From positions 128,001-192,000 of the forward strand of contig CAWDNU010000004.1 of assembly GCA_963803705.1 (NCBI GenBank): a DNA stretch of 64,000 nucleotides, written 5' to 3'. This DNA comes from an uncultured Pseudobdellovibrionaceae bacterium. Its GTDB lineage: Bacteria; Bdellovibrionota; Bdellovibrionia; Bdellovibrionales; UBA1609. Every line of letters begins with the position of its first letter. Within the stretch, counting starts at the first letter, position 1. Shown in pieces: positions 59,530 to 64,000 of this stretch. A program made the position numbers and the translations under genes. The notes under the pieces are model-generated. The model was given only the letters and a program-made list of their open reading frames with translations, had not been told where the DNA came from and made no database searches.

Positions 59530-61044
59530 TTAAAAAATTTTTCGTTCTTGATCTGGAAACTTTTTATGTTTTCGACTTCCATGTTTCAAGTATACTTTTT
59601 TTGCTTCGCTAATAACTGACTCTTTTTTTCTCCACATATAAATCGTTTGCTTTGCATTATCATAGGCAACCTTAGAGTCTACTATGGGATTTGGGTAGCT
59701 TTTACCAAGTTCGACGTTCATCATCTTTAAAATCATTGGTGGTGTATCAGAAATATTTGCTAAGTGTTTAACATCAAGGGACTGTAGCTCAGGGCAGTGT
59801 TGCCGGATAAAAGTCCCATTAGGATCTCGATCTATGGTCTGCTTCGCCGGCGAATAGATTCTGATGCTATTTATTCCTGTGACGCCGGACTGCATTTGTA
59901 ACTGGCTAAAGTGTATTCCAGGTTCAAAATCGATAAAATGCTGAGCCAGGTGAGATGAAATTTTTTTCCAATCTAGCCAAAGCTGAAAGGTGGCAAAACT
60001 TACCAACATGGCTCTCATTCTAAAGTTTATCCATCCATTTTTAATAAGCGCTCTCATGCAGGCGTCGACAATTGGAAACCCGGTTTCACCTTTTTTCCAA
60101 GCTTCAAAAAAATTTTTATTGAAAGTCTCTTCTCGCATGCCGTCGAAAGCACGATTGATATTTTGGAATTCAATTTCTGGCTCTGACTCTAGTTTTTGAA
60201 TAAAATGGCAATGCCACCACAACCTACTTTCAAAAGCTAGAAGTGATCTGTACCAGGCTTTGCTTTGCTGCTCCCCTTTTAAGGATAAGGTTTTTTTTTG
60301 TGCTAAAATAGAATGGTGTATTTCAGTTATTGAGATATTTCCCCAAGTGATATATGGACTTAACCGACTGCATGATTTAAAAGCTGTGTTTGGACTAGAA
60401 AGTTCTTTGTAGTAGCACTGCCCTCTGGTGCTAAAAAATGATCCTAAAACTTTTGTGGCCTGGCCAGATCCACCTAAAGATAATAAATTGTTTCTGTGAA
60501 CTTTATCTATCGAAAGCAAATTAAATTCGTAGCTTTCAACATTTTCAATTTTTTGCTGAGGCGGGTTTGGAATCAAAGGCCGTTCAATAATTTTTGACCT
60601 AAACTTGTTCCATAGGTCTCTGTTTTTTAAGCCTCTAACTACTGCAAATTGCTTGTACTCGAACCAGTTTACGCTGTTTTCTTGCACCCAAGTCTTGACC
60701 TGAAGATCCCTTTGGTAGGTCCAGTTCAATCCTGTTTCTTCATGACTGTAAATATTCTTAAAATTATATTTTACGTTTAAGTCAGTTAAAACTTCATTCG
60801 CTGAACCTTGTTTGACTATCAAAGGTACACCGAGTTTTTGCAGGTCAATTTGCAATTTGATAAGAGCATCTTTTAAAAATTGTTTGTGAATGCAAGAGCC
60901 TTCTGGCATTTCAAGCCACCGATTTTCAATAATAAAAACAGCTAGACTTAAGCCACTATTCAAAGCTTCATAAAGAGGCCTATGATCTGTGGTCCGCAGA
61001 TCTTTTTTGAACCAGACTAAATTTTTGAAATTTTGTTTTTTCAT
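59530..61044 (-). CDS. Cryptochrome/photolyase family FAD protein, same subfamily as 6636-8162
   Basis: WFKKDLRTTDH, CSRLSPYITWG, WHCHFIQKLESEP, INFRMRAM, DFEPGIHFSQLQMQSG and HGSRK motifs. Confidence 0.92.
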   Translation of the reverse strand: MKKQNFKNLVWFKKDLRTTDHRPLYEALNSGLSLAVFIIENRWLEMPEGSCIHKQFLKDALIKLQIDLQKLGVPLIVKQGSANEVLTDLNVKYNFKNIYSHEETGLNWTYQRDLQVKTWVQENSVNWFEYKQFAVVRGLKNRDLWNKFRSKIIERPLIPNPPQQKIENVESYEFNLLSIDKVHRNNLLSLGGSGQATKVLGSFFSTRGQCYYKELSSPNTAFKSCSRLSPYITWGNISITEIHHSILAQKKTLSLKGEQQSKAWYRSLLAFESRLWWHCHFIQKLESEPEIEFQNINRAFDGMREETFNKNFFEAWKKGETGFPIVDACMRALIKNGWINFRMRAMLVSFATFQLWLDWKKISSHLAQHFIDFEPGIHFSQLQMQSGVTGINSIRIYSPAKQTIDRDPNGTFIRQHCPELQSLDVKHLANISDTPPMILKMMNVELGKSYPNPIVDSKVAYDNAKQTIYMWRKKESVISEAKKVYLKHGSRKHKKFPDQERKIF

Positions 61045-61203
61045 CTTTTTTCAATCTAGTTGATTTTGTTTGAAAGGTACAATTGATGTCAGAATTTACT
61101 TAGAATTGCTGACTTTTCTGCCATTCGTTATCATAAACTTAAGTGAATGCTATTATTCTAATAACTAGCTTGCTACAATCATCTAAAGGAAAGCACAAAA
61201 AAA

Positions 61204-62097
61204 ATGGGACACGATCACTCACACGTTATGAACACGCGAGCACTTCTTTGGGCTATCTTAATCAACGTTTTTTTAACCATTGTCCAAGTGATAGCTGGTA
61301 TTCTTTCTGGAAGTCTATCTTTATTAGCGGACGCCCTTCACAATTTTAGTGACGCCGGATCGCTGATCGTAGCGTTTATCGCGCAAAAGGTGTCTGGACT
61401 TCCACCGAACAAAGGCATGAATTTTGGTTATGGACGTGCACAGATTCTAGGGGCGCTGATAAATAGTATAACATTGGTTTTTGTGGGCTTGTACCTGATT
61501 TATGAAACCTGGGTGCGTTTTCAAAACCCTGCCAGTGTCAACGGGTGGATGGTTATCTGGGTAGCGAGCGCTGCTCTTGTTATCGATCTAGCAACGGCTT
61601 GGCTAACCCATTCAGGGTCTAAAGATAATATAAACATGCGAGCAGCGTTTATACATAACTTGTCTGACGCTATGGCATCTATTGTTGTTATTATTTCTGG
61701 TGTTGTAATCATAAATTATAAAATTTATTGGGTAGATTTAGTAGCTACATTGTTGATTTCTTTTTACATACTTTATCAATCAGTGGGTCTGATTAAAAGC
61801 TGCATTAGAATATTGATGCAAGCCGTGCCGGAAGATTTAGATCACTCTGAAATTGTGTTAGAGCTAAAAAAAATTACAAATGTAAATGATGTTCACCACA
61901 TTCATATTTGGACTTTATTTGATAATTTAAGATCTTTTGAAGCCCATATAAAGCTTAGCACCAATGACTTTTCTGATTCAGAAGAGGCAAAGAAAAAAAT
62001 TAGAAAAGTTCTTAAAAATCAATTTAAAATAAGTCACTCAACTTTGGAACTAGAGTTTAGATCAGAGGTCTGCCATCAAGATGATCCAAATTTGTAG
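61204..62097 (+). CDS. Cation diffusion facilitator (CzcD/ZitB-like)
   Basis: MGHDHSH, SLSLLADALHNFSD, FGYGRA, NMRAAFIHNLSD, VHHIHIW and SHSTL motifs. Confidence 0.95.
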   Translation: MGHDHSHVMNTRALLWAILINVFLTIVQVIAGILSGSLSLLADALHNFSDAGSLIVAFIAQKVSGLPPNKGMNFGYGRAQILGALINSITLVFVGLYLIYETWVRFQNPASVNGWMVIWVASAALVIDLATAWLTHSGSKDNINMRAAFIHNLSDAMASIVVIISGVVIINYKIYWVDLVATLLISFYILYQSVGLIKSCIRILMQAVPEDLDHSEIVLELKKITNVNDVHHIHIWTLFDNLRSFEAHIKLSTNDFSDSEEAKKKIRKVLKNQFKISHSTLELEFRSEVCHQDDPNL

Positions 62098-62337
62098 TCT
62101 TGTATTTAAAGACGCATGAATGGTGGCGCATATCTAAAAAGCCAAATGAAATCGGCACTTGAGGCCACATACTTGACAGGATTTATATTGCGAAAGCAAA
62201 TCTTGTAAGTTGCGACCTTTGCGCCGACAACCCTTTGCTAATTTGAGATAATAACTCTTGGTCGCAACATTTTACAAACGTTTTACCTGTACTTTCTCTG
62301 AATTGTTACATTAGCTAATTTTATTTTGTCTTTTGGA

Positions 62338-62365
62338 TCAAAATTAGCAGTAAGAAATCCGATAA
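62338..62365 (+). promoter_or_regulatory. Putative sigma-28 (FliA) promoter
   Basis: CAAA-N15-TCCGATAA ending 6 bp before the ATG of the pilin-like gene. Confidence 0.5.
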
Positions 62366-62371
62366 TTACTT

Positions 62372-63193
62372 ATGGAATATAAAATAAATTGCAAAAAACA
62401 AGACGGCTTCACAATAGTCAGTGTAGCGGTGGCTGCAAGCATTGCTTCTGTCATAGCCTTAGCTATTTCAACTTTGATAGTATCACAAGCAAGTTCGGTC
62501 TCTTATCTTGAAGATAGGCTGTCCAGAGTGGCCTTGGATAATGAATTACAGCTCAATTTTTCTTACCCTCAGACCTGTATCAATTCGCTAAGGGGAAAAC
62601 CAATTGCTGCCACACAAAATATCACAAACTTAAAAGATAAGAATGCGAACGAGTTTATCAGCACTTCACCTGCAAGTGCTTTATCATCTTTTGATATGAT
62701 AAGAATTAGTTCGATAAAGCTTGTAAACGATAACGCTACAAACGCACCTAACTCAACAGGTAATATGAATCTTTTGGTAAATATCGAAAGGCAAAGAAGC
62801 AGTGGTCCTAAAGAATTAAGCCCCAAAGAACTTAAGCTTACTGTAACCACAGATGCTAGCGGCAACATTGATACTTGTAGTTTACAGTCTGGAAGTTCGG
62901 GAAGCGAATTTGAAAAAGCTTGTGGAATGTCACCTACAGGAACTTTAAAGAACAACTGTAGCGGTCGAGCCGCTAGTGGAAGAGCGAGTAGCAGTGTTTG
63001 CCACGTTGTAGCATCAAGTGAAACCAATTTTTTACACGGAGACATATTTTCAAAACGCACGGCTTCAGGCAGAGAGAGCGGTGGGGACACTTGGGCTGAA
63101 ACATCCTATTGGAAGTGCGTAAATGGTTCTTGGGTTTATGACGGCACTTCTGGGACAGCTTACGGTGGAAGAAATAACCGATTATTACAATAG
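62372..63193 (+). CDS. Type IV pilin / pseudopilin-like protein
   Basis: Class III signal KKQDG|FTIVS, hydrophobic helix, C..SL and several Cys pairs. Confidence 0.78.
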   Translation: MEYKINCKKQDGFTIVSVAVAASIASVIALAISTLIVSQASSVSYLEDRLSRVALDNELQLNFSYPQTCINSLRGKPIAATQNITNLKDKNANEFISTSPASALSSFDMIRISSIKLVNDNATNAPNSTGNMNLLVNIERQRSSGPKELSPKELKLTVTTDASGNIDTCSLQSGSSGSEFEKACGMSPTGTLKNNCSGRAASGRASSSVCHVVASSETNFLHGDIFSKRTASGRESGGDTWAETSYWKCVNGSWVYDGTSGTAYGGRNNRLLQ

Positions 63194-63280
63194 CCTTCAA
63201 CACTGCGGCCCACTGATCAAGCTTAAGTACATGATCAAACAAATATATCAAAAGCTAACTCGCCATTAAATATTGAAATT

Positions 63281-63356
63281 TGGTGGACCCAACAGGGATC
63301 GAACCTGCGACCTCTACACTGCCAGCGTAGCGCTCTCCCAACTGAGCTATGGGCCC
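63281..63356 (-). tRNA. tRNA-Ala (GGC)
   Basis: 76-nt cloverleaf GGGCCCATAGCTCAGTTGGGAGAGCG...GGC...GGTTCGATCC...TGGGTCCACCA, with the G3:U70 identity pair and encoded CCA. Confidence 0.98.
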
Positions 63357-63536
63357 CGAACTATTTAGGAGTTTGTAACCAGAGTTGGATTTAAATTCAA
63401 TCTAGTTTTACATTTCAGAAAGGATTTCGAAATAATGACTCTGTGTGACCATCATTCGGAACCTGGCACCCTATACCTATCATAGTCATGTTAGGTATAG
63501 CTAGGTTCATGAAAATTTCAAACACGAATGCTTCTA

Positions 63537-64000
63537 TTAAAACTGGAGCTCTACCATTTGATCCAGTAAATCTTTTGGTGGCTCTTGGTCCCATAAAGAC
63601 AAGATGTAACCCCCACCACCTGATCCAGTAAGCTTGCACTGTATAGCGCCCCCACTATGAAGTCTGGCAATAGAATCTTCAACAAGCTTTGGTACTAGTC
63701 CCCATTGTGCAAAACAGTCTTGTCCTAAAGCCAGGCCCTGTTTAAGTAGCTCGAATTTTGATCTTTGATTTGAACTTGCAGAAAGTGCTTCTACACAAAG
63801 TTTGACCGACTCTTTCATCTGGCCGTCAAGTTTTGAAAATACATTTGGGTTAGTCACTTTTAAGGCTTTCACCAAATTCACGCACTCGGATGTGATTCCT
63901 TTTTTACCCGTGTAATATAAATAAATTTTTGGACTCCAGCTGGGCTTAAAAACTTTAGATTCTTTATCTCTTTGATATAAAATAGGTTGCTCGAAGAATG
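63537..64000 (-). CDS. GHMP kinase C-terminal part, probably mevalonate kinase (5'-partial)
   Basis: CKLTGSGGGG motif; frame open to the window end. Confidence 0.8.
   Translation of the reverse strand, partial: FFEQPILYQRDKESKVFKPSWSPKIYLYYTGKKGITSECVNLVKALKVTNPNVFSKLDGQMKESVKLCVEALSASSNQRSKFELLKQGLALGQDCFAQWGLVPKLVEDSIARLHSGGAIQCKLTGSGGGGYILSLWDQEPPKDLLDQMVELQF

Noticed and set aside
62097..63356. Genomic island integrated at tRNA-Ala
   Set aside because: No integrase and no duplicated tRNA 3' end seen in the window.

Overview
AT-rich (roughly 35-38% GC by eye) bacterial chromosomal segment. It is most consistent with a Bdellovibrionota (Bdellovibrionales-like) genome or MAG. That placement is an inference from a TIGR04552-family gene, a mevalonate-kinase-type GHMP kinase, IcmF, ScpA/ScpB with long acidic tails, a pilin-like orphan and many secreted or lipoprotein orphans. 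Core content: class Ia ribonucleotide reductase (nrdAB), prfC, ferredoxin, scpA-scpB, acyl-CoA dehydrogenase, rplY, an hbd-crt-icmF-thioesterase acyl-CoA operon, plsC, hslO, feoAB, pheS-pheT-ihfA-merR, a KefB/C-type antiporter, ndh, a CDF transporter and tRNA-Ala(GGC). prfC, pheS and pheT are each broken by several indels, almost certainly local assembly errors. Accessory or unusual content: (1) a tightly coupled C39 peptidase / RLAN-RimK ATP-grasp / GCS2 ligase / N-formylglutamate amidohydrolase operon that continues into an orphan peptide-binding protein and rplY; (2) three photolyase-family genes; (3) an RHH-MazF toxin-antitoxin pair plus a SAMHD1-like HD hydrolase and a tiny metzincin-like protein, lying between two 29-bp direct repeats; (4) a complete 125-bp MITE with related ends elsewhere; (5) several structured intergenic elements, including two candidate RNAs that share a CCCCCAAGT motif complementary to a G-run ribosome-binding site; (6) a defensin-motif lipoprotein. 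No CRISPR array, prophage, integrase or transposase was seen. All calls come from reading motifs by eye; no database searches were run.
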